A DNA stretch of 64,000 bases from Macrostomum lignano (lineage: Eukaryota): positions 248,001-312,000 of the forward strand of contig NIVC01000446.1 of NCBI GenBank assembly GCA_002269645.1. Reading direction: 5' to 3'. Shown here in pieces: positions 1 to 12,600 of this stretch. A program made the translations under genes and the position numbers. The stretch's first letter is position 1. Each line of letters begins with the position of its first letter. Below the pieces are notes generated by a model, which saw only the letters and a list, made by a program, of their open reading frames with translations, was not told the origin of the DNA and made no database searches.

Positions 1-630
1 TTAGGGGGGTCATAGTCTATGGCTGTTGGGGGTCATTGTCTATGACTGTTAGGAGTAATTGTCTATGGCTGTTAGGAGTAATTGTCTATGGCTGTTAGGG
101 GTCATAGTCTATGGCTGTTGGGGGTCATAGTCTATGGCTGTTTGGGTCATGATTTATGGCTTTTTGGGGTCATAGTCTATGGCTGCTGGAGTAATTGTCT
201 ATGGCTTTTAGGGGTCATAGTCTATGGCTGTTGGGGGTCATAGTCTATGGCTATTGAGGTAATTGTCTATGGCTGTTGGGGGGTCATAGTCTATGGCTGT
301 TGGGGGTCATAGTCTATGGCTGTTAGGGGGTCATAGTCTATGGCTGTTGGTGGGTCATAGTCTATGCTAATTTGGGTCAGAGTGGAGTCTATGGCTGTTG
401 GGGGTCATAGTCTATGGCTATTGAGGTAATTGTCTATGGCTGTTGGGGGGTCATAGTCTATGGCTGTTTGGGGTCATAGTCTATGGCTGTTAGGGGGTCA
501 TAGTCTATGGCTGTTGGTGGGTCATAGTCTATGCTAATTTGGGTCAGAGTGGAGTCTATGGCTGTTGGGGGTAATTGTCTATGGCTGTTGGGAGTCATTG
601 TCTATGGCTGCTAGGGGTCATAGTCTATGA
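1..630. repeat. ~22-bp minisatellite (GGGGTCATAGTCTATGGCTGTT) in the ALG13 intron
   Basis: Unit repeated continuously from the window start to ~630. Confidence 0.95.
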
Positions 631-726
631 TTGTTGGGGTCATATATTATGGCGGTTGGGGGTCTTCGAAGGGGTCATAATCCACTGCAATTCAAAGCTA
701 CAAAACATGGAAATTGAATTTATTAC

Positions 727-1104
727 TTGCCTAGCAACCCGGTGAGCCAGTTCAGTTTGATGATTATGCATCAAATCGTCGTTGACAACAACTAGTAAAC
801 GTTTTCCGGCATTCAATGACTCCAACACGCTGCCAGCTCCGGCGTGGCTAATCACTAATCCTGCGGCGGCGATATCGGCAGCCAGGGACGGCTTAAATCG
901 ATAGTAACTAACGGAGAACCGACCCTCTAATGGGTAATCCCGAGCAGTGTGAGCTACAGGTTCGTAATCGCCTCGACCTATTTGCATAACTAAGCCGTGA
1001 TAGCCCAGCTGGTCGCAGAGGATTTTATGCAATTCCGGAGAATCTAATCGGCGGATTAAAGCGTCGAAAGAAGTTGTGCCGACAGTGGCAAATACGTTGG
1101 GCAT
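727..1104 (-). CDS. ALG13: UDP-N-acetylglucosamine transferase subunit ALG13, first coding exon; the gene continues left of the window
   Basis: MPNVFATVGTTSFD...LVISHAGAGSVLESL...LLVVVNDDLMHNHQTELA matches the ALG13/Glyco_tran_28_C pattern. ATG at 1104; donor at 730 (GCAAGT) or 726 (GTAATA). Confidence 0.9.
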
Positions 1105-1254
1105 AGCGACTGGCTCTTTGTTATTGGTCTTTATCTTTGCTGCACTGTCTGAAGTTGTCCTGGTGTCTTGGTCTGGAAAGCGTTGAGTGAAGAATATCAT
1201 TGTATGGAAATCTGGCAGTTACCCTTGTGTCCGCCAATTTCACTTTTTCAGCCC

Positions 1255-2040
1255 CGTGTCTGTCAGTTCCCACTTATGTCAGTCAGTTCCCACTTATGTC
1301 TGTCAGTTCCCACTTATGTCTGTCAGTTCCCACTTGTGTCTGTCAGTTCCCACTTGTGTCTGTCAGTTCCCACTTATGTCTGTCAGTTCCCACTTGTGTC
1401 TGTCAGTTCCCACTTGTGTCTGTTCATACCCACTAATGTCTGTCAGTTCCCACTAATGTCTGTCAGTTCCCACTATGTCTGTTAGTTCCCACTAATGTCT
1501 GCCAGTTCCCACTTGTGTCTGTCAGTTCACACTTGTGTCTGTCAGTTCACACTGTCTGTCAACACCCCCTCTCGTTGGGTCTATCAATTTCACCCGTGTC
1601 TTTCAGTTCTCTACTGTGTTTACCAGCTCTTCCTTGTCTGTACAGTTCCTTGTGTCAGTAGTCCCTCTGGGTGCCAGTTCCCCTGTGTCAGTCCCCTGTG
1701 TCGTGTGTCAGTTGCACCTGTGTCAGTTCCTCTGGGTGTCAGTCCACCTGTGGGCCAGTTTCCCTGTGTGTCAGTTCCCCCGTTTGTCAGTTGCACCTGT
1801 GTGTCAGTTCCTCTGGATGTCAGTCCACCTGTGTGTCAGTTCCTCTGGGTGTCAGTTGCACATGTGTGTCAGTTCCTCTGGATGTCAGTTGCACATGTGT
1901 GTCAGTTCCTCTGGATGTCAGTCCACCTGTGTGTCAGTTCCTCTGGATGTCAGTCCACCTGTGTGTCAGTTCTCTGTCTGTCAAACTCCCATTGTGTCTG
2001 TCAGTTCCCCTTCTCCCCCTTGTGTCAGCTTCCCTTCAAC
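1255..2040. repeat. 20-bp (GTCAGTTCCCACTTRTGTCT) and related longer-unit minisatellite between COA5 and ALG13
   Basis: Direct tandem units; they explain the spurious Cys/Val/Ser-rich ORFs at 1168-2274. Confidence 0.93.
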
Positions 2041-2100
2041 ACAGATAAAACCCCGGCCCTTGCATACCTCAACAAAAGTAGTAACCAATCAAAGAATGAA

Positions 2101-2400
2101 TCAGTAGGCCTGGGAGAACTTCTTCCCCCTAAATCGATTCCTATTATCGAGCTGCTCCCGCCGGCAGATGAACAAATTGTAGCGAGCCGCCTGACACTCG
2201 GCCGGCACGTCGGCTTTGGGATCGCGCAGGCAGTCCAACGGCGTCCTTCGATCCCGTTTAACGCAATCGGATAGCAACAAGCAGAGTCGCAGCTCCTCTT
2301 TAAGATGAGTACACGCTTTGGGTCCGAATAGAGTGGCTGAGTCTTGTTGCGGGCTTTTAGTAGAAGAAGAAGTCGAAGACTCAGCGGGCGGTGATGACAT
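2101..2400 (-). CDS. COA5: Cytochrome c oxidase assembly factor 5 (COA5/PET191), single exon, 99 aa
   Basis: ACTHLKEELRLCLLLSDCVKRDRRTPLDCL...PAEC...FICRREQLDNRNRFRGKK: the Cys spacing and the C-terminal D-x-R-x-RFRG motif are typical of PET191/COA5. Confidence 0.9.
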   Translation of the reverse strand: MSSPPAESSTSSSTKSPQQDSATLFGPKACTHLKEELRLCLLLSDCVKRDRRTPLDCLRDPKADVPAECQAARYNLFICRREQLDNRNRFRGKKFSQAY

Positions 2401-3603
2401 TTAGAAATGAAAAAATTTATGGCAATGGCATGAGTAGCCGGTGGTAGATTTGAGACTAAAATAGCTGGAATGGAGTAAATTTGATTATTGTAACAAAAAA
2501 CTCATTAAATTATGCAGAAGCCTGTTGATATTGCTGTAAGTGAATTGTTGTTGTTGTGTGAACTGCTGTGGCTGTTGTGTGTGAATCGTTTTGTCTGTAA
2601 GTGAATGGTTACTATGTGATTTGTTGGGCCTGAAAAGTTGTAGGGTTATGAGGTGTCTAATAAACAAGGCACAAACTGAAGGACTAAGTGTGCTCACTTG
2701 ATGAACTAAATTTATTTATTATCCTGGTATCATTTTTACGAGAAAAAAATGAAGTTAAACTAGCAAATTACCTTTTGGAATTTAATACAAAAAAGCATGA
2801 TCAGTATATATAGCATGTTTACATGATATACATGTATATATAGTATACTTATATTATAAATACGTATCCTACAACACTTACTTGTTTAATTAATATATTG
2901 CAAAAATAACTTATATTGCACAGGTGCCTAAGCGCAGTGGAGGCCATAATAGAGCATAGAGGTATTTACAATGAGATGAGATGGGAGTCATAAACCTGCG
3001 GATGAGTGAGTCAGTCAGCTAGTCATTTTGAGTCTTTTCCAGTAGTTCCTTTGCACACAAGGTGGATGGAGATTTTTATCAGCTGGCTAATGTTCTGGCT
3101 AATGATAAATTCTGAATGTTCTGACATTTCGACTGACTGACAGGGGTTGCAAATAGGACTTTGACTTAGGCTTAGGATGTATGCTAGAGCTCGAGGTTTT
3201 GTTTGAGTCAAACTCGTGGCCGAAAATTAACATTTAAAAAAAGTGCGCTTATCTACTAGTGAACATAAGTGAGCATAATTCGCGTTTTTTCGCCATTATA
3301 AATGGTAAAATTAAACATATATCCTTATCATATACTCGTAGCAATGTACACACGGGCGAGGCCAGTCAGACACAGGGTGCAGGAAGGGGCAAATAATAAG
3401 TCTCTTGTGTGACACAATCTCGAATGAAAACCGCTGTTCTGCAGTCAAAACAAATAAAATTTAAACAAACCCAGCAAAAAGCTGCTTTTTGCCAGTATAA
3501 GCAGACTTCTGTTAATCGTTTAAACACGGTACGACATGACTATCTGATATCCGCAGATAAAGCTATATAGAAGTCATGCAGTTGGATCTAAAATTTGACG
3601 TTC

Positions 3604-6600
3604 TTACAGTAGATTTTCTTCTGCTGCTAACTGCTGGCGCAGTACTACAAGATGACGACGCCTACGACGTTTAAATACAATAAAACAGATCGACACGAAA
3701 AATGTAACAACAACACCAACACCAACAACAACACCAACACCAACAACAACAATAAAAATATTCACGTAAGCATCGGATTGACCAGCCTCACTACCAGAAC
3801 CGCAGACAGCTGAATATAAGCTGGAGTAATCGGCTCCATCATTGCACTGATTATCAGCCGGACAAGCCTCAGAACGGCCAATCCGTGGAGACTCTTCAAA
3901 AGCCAACAGACTATGCACCGCCGTGAGACAATCCGAAGCCATCAGCACCGGCTCCAATTGCTGCTTATTGTAAGTTGTAGTAGTTGATTTTAATTTTAAA
4001 ATGGCGCACATTTCACACCTGCTACTAGAAGTAGCGATAGTCCGACTGTAAATAAAATAGTTGTTTATGAGAGGATAGATGAGCTCCAACTTGGACACGA
4101 ATACGGATTTGAACGTAATAAATATATCAGTACATATTAGATTAAATAAACTACGAGTACAGTCACCAAAACATTGGAAGGGCCATATCATCACATGGAA
4201 TATGAGCAAGGTTGTACAATAAACTAGATGCGTGAACTGCACAGCCAGCCACCCAGATCCTCAGTTGCTGGGCCACCAGCCTCCCAGATCCTCAGTTGCT
4301 GGGCCACCAGCCTCCCAGATATTCAATTGCTGGGCCAGCCTCCCAGATCCTCAGTTGCGCAATATTGACAAGTTTCCTAATGAGAAACTTTCTATTCGAT
4401 CGGCAGAACATGTCGCTTCAAAATGAGATATTCGAAACATTTTTATCCTTATACAAAGGATAGTTTATGGCTAAAGCCAAAAACCAACACAGAAACTACT
4501 CACTTCTCTTGAAACAGCATTGGTTTCGAATCATTGAATTTAGTTACAGTCAAGCAGCCATTGGCCTGAGGCTTCCAGTATTTGAAACACTGCCGAGTGC
4601 CGGCCGAGCAGCGGAACAGGCCGACTCGAACTGGTGAGGAGAGGTCCAACGGCGGTCTGTAGGGCGCTTCGTTGGCTCGGTTTTTATCTGTGAATTTAGG
4701 AAGGGGAGAGACGCGATTTGTACTTTTGCCGTACCAAGCAGTTCAATAAGCTACTGAGGCGTCTGGCTGGGCGCTTGTAGACTGATCTGAAAGATCTGGG
4801 AGGCTGGCCCAGCTACTGAGGATCTGGGAGGCTGGCCCAGCAACTGAGGATCTGAGAGGCTGTGGCCCAGCAACTGAAACTCTGGGAGGCTGGCCCAGCA
4901 ACTGAGGATCTGGGAGGCTGTGGGCCAGCAACTGAGGATCTGGGAGGCTGGTGGCCCAGCAACTGAGGATCTGGGAGGCTGTGGCCCAGCAACTGACACT
5001 CTGGGAGGCTGGCCCAGCAACTGATGATCTGGGAGGCTGGTGGCCCAGCAACTGAGGATCTGGGAGGCCGGCTCAGCAACTGAGGATCTGGGAGGCCGGC
5101 CCAGCAACTGAGGATCTGGGAGGCTGGTGGCCCAGCAACTGAGGATCTGGGAGGCTGGCCCAGCAACTGAGGATCTGGGAGACTGTGGGCCAGCAACTGA
5201 CACTCTGGGAGGCTGGCCCATGAACTGAGGATCTGGGAGGCTGGTGGCCCAGCAACTGAGGATCTGGGAGGCTGGCCCAGCAACTGAGGATCTGAGAGGC
5301 TGTGGCCCAGCAACTGACTCTAGGGATCTGGGAGGGTAGAGGAGACGGCATCAACTTTTTTACTAAAGCATCAGATCAAAAACTGTTAAGCATCATTATA
5401 ATCTGCAAAATTTTGTGTTAAAAAACGGTACTGTATTTGTTAGAAGTCACTTCAACAGAGATTCAGAAATTCAGAAACATTAACTCTTGGCTTTACACTG
5501 TACTAGAAAAGCTTCGTGATCCTTTTGATCTGATCTGAAATTTTAAATTGCAAAATTTGAAATTTGAAATTTCAGCGTAAGATTCTGGATTTAAAATATT
5601 TTTTTATTAAGTGCATGGTGGCCCAGTAACTGAGGATCTGGGGGGCTGGCCTAGCAACTGAGGATCTGAGAGGCTGGCTCAGCAACTGAGGATCTGAGAG
5701 GCTGGCCCAGCAACTGACACTCTGGGAGGCTGACTCAGCAACTGAGGATCTGGGAGGCTGGCCCACCAACTGACACTAGGGATCTGGGAGGCTGTGGCCC
5801 AGTTTTTTATTAAAGCATCAGATCAAAAACTGTTAAGCATCATTATAATCTGCAAAATTTTGTGTTAAAAAAACGGTACTGTATTTGTTAGAAGTCACTT
5901 CAACAGAGATTTAGAAATTCAGAAACATTAACTCTTGGCTTTACACTGTACTAGAAAAGCTTCGTGATCCTGTTGATCTGATCTGAAGTTTTAAATTTGA
6001 AAATTTACATTTTTCATTAGCTGCTTTCATTTTACCAATCACATATTTATACCGAGAATTATGAGGTAGAGTATAAGCATTTAAGTAGAAAAAACTATTG
6101 TAGTGTGCAAATTGTGTTCTTTAGTTGAAAAGCATTTTTGAACATATTGTCGTATTGCTTCATATTACAGATGCTTCATAATTTTTCTTCGTTAAGTTCT
6201 ACTGGCAAAGTAGCATGCGACGGAAGTATAATTAGCCATTTTGCCTGGGAAATTCCACTGCAGCGTGCTACCAGACTCTTTAGGGAGGCCCTTCAGTGTC
6301 AAGGCACACTCTGGACGACGAGCCTCGCGAGAGCCAATCAAGTTGGCTCTCTGAGCAGCCTCTGGGCATCGATCAAATTGGACCATCGTTAAGATTCTGC
6401 ACGAGAGCCTCGGCTCGCTGGGTGCCCTACCAACTCAGCGGGTCGCCATCATAAGCTCGAAAAATCACATCGTCGAAAACTTATTTAGCAACCACCATCA
6501 CAAGCTCGAAAAGTCATAATCTCGAAAAATCACATCGTCGAAAAGTTCAGCAACCACCATCACAAGCTTGAAAAGGCACAGGCTCTAACCCTAACCCCAA

Positions 6601-9600
6601 GGCATTAACCCTAACCCTAAGACACAAGCTCTAACCCCAACCCCAACCTTGCTAAACCCTACCTTAAGGCACAAGCACTAACCCTAACCCTATTCGAGCT
6701 TGTGATGATGGTTGCGAAATCAGTTCCCGACGATATGATTTTTCGAGCTTATGACTTTTCGAGCTTGTGATGGTGGATGCTTTTTGAAAATGTGATTTTT
6801 CGAGCTTGTGATGGGCCCCCAACTCAGCGCTGACCAGATTTCACCGACCTCGTGCTCAAAGTTGGTTGAAAGCATTCTCACTAGTAAGGAAACTTGAGGT
6901 CAACATTTGACGATGCTCAGCTAAAATTCCGACGCTGATGGCGGCCATCTTGGTCCTGCAAGCGATAGCGCAGAAGCGGCCGCCGACCCTCGATATAGGC
7001 ATCTTCGTCCACAGGGACAACTCTTAACAACTGTGGAGCGACCAGGGAGCTTCTGCAGAGGAGCCGTAGCCAAAAAGACGTTAGCCAGGCTGTAGCTCGA
7101 GTCCAAGTGCAGTCACATTAATTTGCGGCTAAATTGTAATCTCGGCTTTGGGCTCTGCTCGTGCAATAACCGCTCATCGAAGGTCAACTCCCAAGGCACA
7201 GCGAAGTGTACATGCCTAAACGATAAATAAAGTTAGGGCCGCTGTACACTCCTGTGTGAGTGTGTGCCTGTGCGTATGACTGCGTACGTATCCGCACGCT
7301 TGTGTGCCTGCTCAGGGGGGAGTCAGCAGAATGGGCAGTAATGCCTCTCGCCGGTTGTGTGACAATGTCGCTTAAAGTGCGCCAGGGTGCACACAGCCCC
7401 TGCTTCTTTACTCTAAAAGGAGCTTCTGTGGGCGACGCAGCTTGTCCAGCTGCCACACCCGGCATATTCGCCGGACCTTGCGCCTATTGACTTCTTCTTC
7501 TTACAGAATGAAGCAAAAGAGGATAGGAGATCGTTGTCATCCTACAAAATTAACTGGACCATTTTACCAAAGCCGAACTTAAAGCCCTATTGGAATGTGT
7601 AGAAAACCTGTGGACGCGCAACACGGAGTCTAAAATTGTAGCTCAAAAACGCGACGCGACGCGACACAGAACATGTTATCTTTCGTATCGAATACAGGCA
7701 AAGTACTAATTAGATGACGAGGCATCTAGGCTTAATAAAACAGTCAAGTTACTCTTGCCGTTTACCCAAAACCGCATCGCGCTGCAACACTATATTCTTA
7801 TCCACTTATTCTAATAAGGAGTCAAAGTTGCTTCGATGCGTGGTTCCTCCGGTTTGCAGAATTGCAGACACGATGCTGCAGTTTATAAAAACCACGCTAA
7901 TGCGCGACGGTAGGAACTAATAACGTCACTTGTAAAAAGGAACTTCCAATAGTAAGGTTTATGACAAGGTTTTTACAGAAATTGTTTTAGATCCCTTTTT
8001 AGTTGCTAACTTTAGGTCAGCAAGTTGCTTTTATAAATGAAAAAATACTGATTAGTGCAAAAATTCCATAGTCTTTTTGGGCGGATCACAACATATAAAA
8101 GTCTATATAGATAATACAATTTATGCATGCAAACTCCGGACCATAAATGTTCACTTCTAGGAAAAAATACATTTGATTAGCAGAAGAGTTGATGACAAAA
8201 TTACTTTGTTGACATACTCGTATGAAGCTTTGGTCCAGTGAGCTAAAAAACAAAAAATCACATTATGGGACGATTTTCATTAACGTGGGGATGATTCTCA
8301 TTAAGGTAGAGGGTGATTCTCATCTAGGTAGAGGGTGATTCTCATCAAGGTAGAGGGTGACTCTTGTTAAGATATGTATCAGGTAGAGGGCGATTCTCAT
8401 TAAGGTAGAGGGTGATTCTCATCAAGGTAGAGGGCGATTCTCATCAAGGTAGAGGATGACTCTTATTAAGATGTGTATCAGGTAGAGGGCGATTCTCATC
8501 AAGGTAGAGGGCGATTCTCATCAAGGTAGAGGGTGATTCTCATCAAGGTAGAGGGCGATTCTCATCAAGGTAGAGGGTGATTCTCATCAAGGTAGAGGGT
8601 GATTCTCATCAAGGTAGAGGGTGATTCTCATCAAGGTAGAGGATGACTCTTATTAAGATGTGTATCAGGTAGAGGGCGATTCTCATCAAGGTGTGTCAGG
8701 TAGACTTCTTATAAAGGGATGAGTTAGGTAGATAGAGATTCACACAAAGGATGCAAACAAACAAGCAAGTCTTAATAACGCAAAAAACATGAGAAATGCT
8801 TACTAGCCAATAGAAACGCCTTGATCTCAGTTGAATTCTCAAATACAGCCAGACGAGGTGCCCGATACTTCATCCAAGCTTCGTCAATTTGTTTCAACGC
8901 AATCGGTTTAGACGAGATGAAGAAACAGCGGCCCTTGAAGGCCAGCCAATCGCGACCACAGTAGCCGGGCTTGGGCACGCTGACCGTCAGCTCTTGGATG
9001 CCAGTCATGCTGTCGCTAGCTGCTCGGTGATAGGACACCGTCAGGACGTTCGTGCTGACAAAGGTTCAAATGTGGGCATTGTTAAAATAATAGTTGCTGA
9101 TCTGAGCATCTGGGATCTGAGAGGCTGTTGTTAGTGATTAGCTAAAAGTACAATCAAAGTGATTCTAATATTTTAATCAGAGATGCAAGGTGCGAGTGTT
9201 TTGTGTACTAGTCAAGCCATTCCGTTAAATAATTTTGTGAACTATTGCTAGTACATAACATAGCACACAAGCAGGAATACAGATGTAGGAAGATATAAAG
9301 AAGCGATCCGTCACATTATTAGTAGTGATGATTGGCTCATACTTGTCTAAGGCCAGTAACGAATCTTTAATTGTCAACTAACAATGGTTAAAAATTAGTA
9401 TCAACATTTAATAGAACAAAATACACGATGCCATTATAGTAAAACTATTGATAGCCAAAAGGAAAACTATATTCAACAATACTGGCAAGCACAACAGGCA
9501 GCCACAGTCCAACACAGCAAAATGGAAAAAAACAAAACACTAAACAAAAAAATAATAAAGCTTCCTATGAGTGGCCCGCCCGCAAACCTGTTTGCTATAA

Positions 9601-12600
9601 GTGTAAAAATTCACTTTCACTGCTTTATTGCTTTTTGATTTTTGTGTTAGTGTTAGGTGTTAGGTGTCAGTGTTAGGTTTGCGTCGGATTGTGGATTACA
9701 GATCATATATATATATATAGCTCGTACATAGTGGTGAGTGCTAAAATACTACTATAAGTATCGCTTTTGACACTAAATGAGGCTTTAGTCAAAGAAAACG
9801 AGACTACATACACTCAGCAACATTCAAAACGCAACACTCTAACTAGAAGAAAAATCAACTCACTCAGAAGAGTCAAAGCGCACAGTCTATGGTTCAAATC
9901 GAGCTTCAGAAACGCGTGTAGCTTCCTCTCGCAAGTAACAGGGCGATGACTATGGACTGTTTTCAGATAGAGTGATCCAGCTGAGAGAATGGTTCAACAG
10001 ATGACAGACGCGGAAAGATGGCGAGCAGTCGGAATGCCGGAAGCAGGTTGTACTCTTCGAACAGTTGCGAACCACTTCGGGAGGTCGCCTTCAACAGTTT
10101 TACGTCTGCTACAGAAGAGCACAGCCACTGGAAGCGTGGCTCACGCGAGAAAAGGTACGGTGCTTCACCAACTTCGCAGTACAACAGCTGTTGTTCGAAG
10201 AGTACAACCTGCTTCCAACATTCCGACTGCTCGCCATCTTTCCGCGTCTGTCATCTGTTGAACCATTCTCTCAGCTGGATCACTCTATCTGAAAACAGTC
10301 CATAGTCATCGCCCTGTTACTTGCGAGAGGAAGCTACACGCGTTTCTGAAGCTCGATTTGAACCATAGACTATGCGCTTTGACTCTTCTGAGTGAGTTGA
10401 TTTTTCTTCTAGTTAGAGTGTTGCGTTTTAAATGTTGCTGAGTGTATGCTTCGAATACAAACCAGCACGAGAGGTGTTAAGACAAACATATGGCCATAGA
10501 CTACGCCAGTATAAACCATAGACAATAAATAAACGAGACAACAGACTGTCAATACGAGACTGATCGAATGGAAATTAATCGATTAATTTGCCTAGGAAAA
10601 GTGACTTAAAATGCTAAAAATGCTACAAACTGCAATTTGATTCTCCAATCTCCATTCATAGTCTATGGTTTATACTCAGCAACATTGAAAAGTCGCCATC
10701 ACAGAAGATTCGGTCTGTGGTCGCCAATTTTGAGAGTGCAGGTAAAGTCTCTCAATCTTTGCGAGTGACGCAACTCAGCTACGCCACGGCAGCTTGAGTT
10801 GAGGAATGAGAAGGGGGGGGGCGGTGGCGAGGGTTGGACGGATTAAAGCTACCCCGATCAGTTTTCTCGTATCTTTTATTTCAGAACAGTCCAAGAGAAA
10901 TTGCTCACTGGCGCATAGAGTGGCGACTTTACAATGTTGCTGAGTGTATGTTTATAGCTCTCGTGCTGGTTTGTATGAAGTACATATGAATTGATCCATT
11001 TGTTAGACTCAAGTCTCATTCAGATAATCAAAAAGCGATACTTGAATTTCACACTCTATATCTCTCTTATACTCTTTTTGATCAATGATTGAAAGCCCCT
11101 ACCGGTCGATGGCTTGCAACATATAATATTTGATAGTGCTTTTGCTGGTTATTGGTGTAACGATAACAACGTTGTTGTGCTGTATCCTCTGTTTATTCCG
11201 AAAAACAGCCACATCAAAGTTACTACGAGCGTAATTTATGACGTAATTTATGAACTTAAAAAAAAGATAGAGGCTTTAAAATAAATAAGAAAATTATATA
11301 TACTAAACATAATTACCCATTAATAACTGGTATCGTAACCAGAATAGGAGGTGCGGTGTCTTTACTACACCAGCTAAACGTGTTTCGGGATTCAAAACCT
11401 TAAAAATGTAAGAAAAGTTTCTTTTTCAGAAAAAAAGTTCTGACTTTTAACGTTACACAAAATAATCGTTAGGGATAGTTAAATAGACTAATGGCAATAA
11501 TTCGTCAAAATTGAGTTCAAATTTGTCAGGGTTGTAGTGTGAGCATCTTTTGTGTAATTTCTGAATTTTATTAGTTAGTTAGCTTCTGTATTATTGTTGA
11601 TAATTATTGTATTTTGCCTTAATTTAGTCACGTTTTCAAGGTACTTTTTTTCTAGTTAGAGTTTTTTTTTGCGTAAACAGGCTAGAAGTCAGACGCCAAT
11701 TGTAAGAGTTTTACACTAAATTGCAATAATAATTGAGCTAGTATTAGCAAATGCCCTGGCCATTCCATAAACTCACCATTGCACAGAGGCTCAGACATAG
11801 AGTAGGTCATTCGCGTCTCCCTACAGCCAGCAGTCTGACCCGAGTTATTTGTTAACATTTTCGCTTTCAAAGCCAGCTGCATTGGTCTACCGGGCTGCAT
11901 TCCCGCTATTTTAAACTCCCATTTGCAGTTCAGCGGTCCGATTGCTCGTTCAGATTTCGGTTTGTCATTCAGATAGGCGCGAACCTGCTCTGGCTGGTCA
12001 ATTTCCGGGCGGAGACTGCTGGACTTCTCGATGCCGTCTTTTACGCAGTAGTGGAAAGCTGCAGCACTCAGACTGGATGGGATCGGGAAGAATAAGTGGG
12101 TCAGGTAAGTGGGTCAAGTAGGATTATATATTAGCTAAGTGGGTCAGGATAAATAATAGGTAATGTAAGTGGGTCAGGATGAATAATAGGTCAGGTAAGT
12201 GGGTCTGGATGAATAATAGGTCAGGTAAGTGGGTCAGGATGGATAATTGGTCAGGTAAGTGGGTCAGGATTGATAATAGGTCAGGTAAGTGGGTCAGGAT
12301 GGATAATTGGTCAGGTAAGTGGGTCAGGATGGATAATTGGTCAAATAAGTGGGTCAGAGTGGATAATTGGTCAGGTAAGTGGGTCAGGATGGATAATTGG
12401 TCAGGTAAGTGGGCCAGCTAGGATGGATAATTAGTCAGATAAGTGGGCCAGCTAGGATGGATAATTAGTCAGATAAGTGCGTGGGTCAGGATGGATAATT
12501 GATCAGGTAAGTGGGCCAGCTAGGATGGATAATTGGTCAGGTAAGTGGGCCAGCTAGGATGGATAATTAGTCAGATAAGTGGGCCAGCTAGGATGGATAA

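Larger units (their letters stand above)
6230..7540 (+). mobile_element. Decayed mariner (D34D-type) transposase interrupted by two insertions
   Basis: Plus-strand motifs in mariner order: LDDEPR (~6312), SARWVPYQL (~6412), QAIAQKRPPTLDIGIFVHRDN (~6955-7020), LPHPAYSPDLAPIDF (~7449-7494). Confidence 0.85.

Noticed and set aside
1168-2274. Several 78-259 aa Cys/Val/Ser-rich ORFs
   Set aside because: Translations of the minisatellite; open in multiple frames.
4743-5769. Pro/Gln/Ser-rich minus-strand ORFs
   Set aside because: Tandem-repeat translations inside an intron.
6192-7106. Minus-strand ORFs considered as receptor C exons
   Set aside because: They are the antisense of the mariner relic; exon 8804 joins exon 4687 in phase without them.
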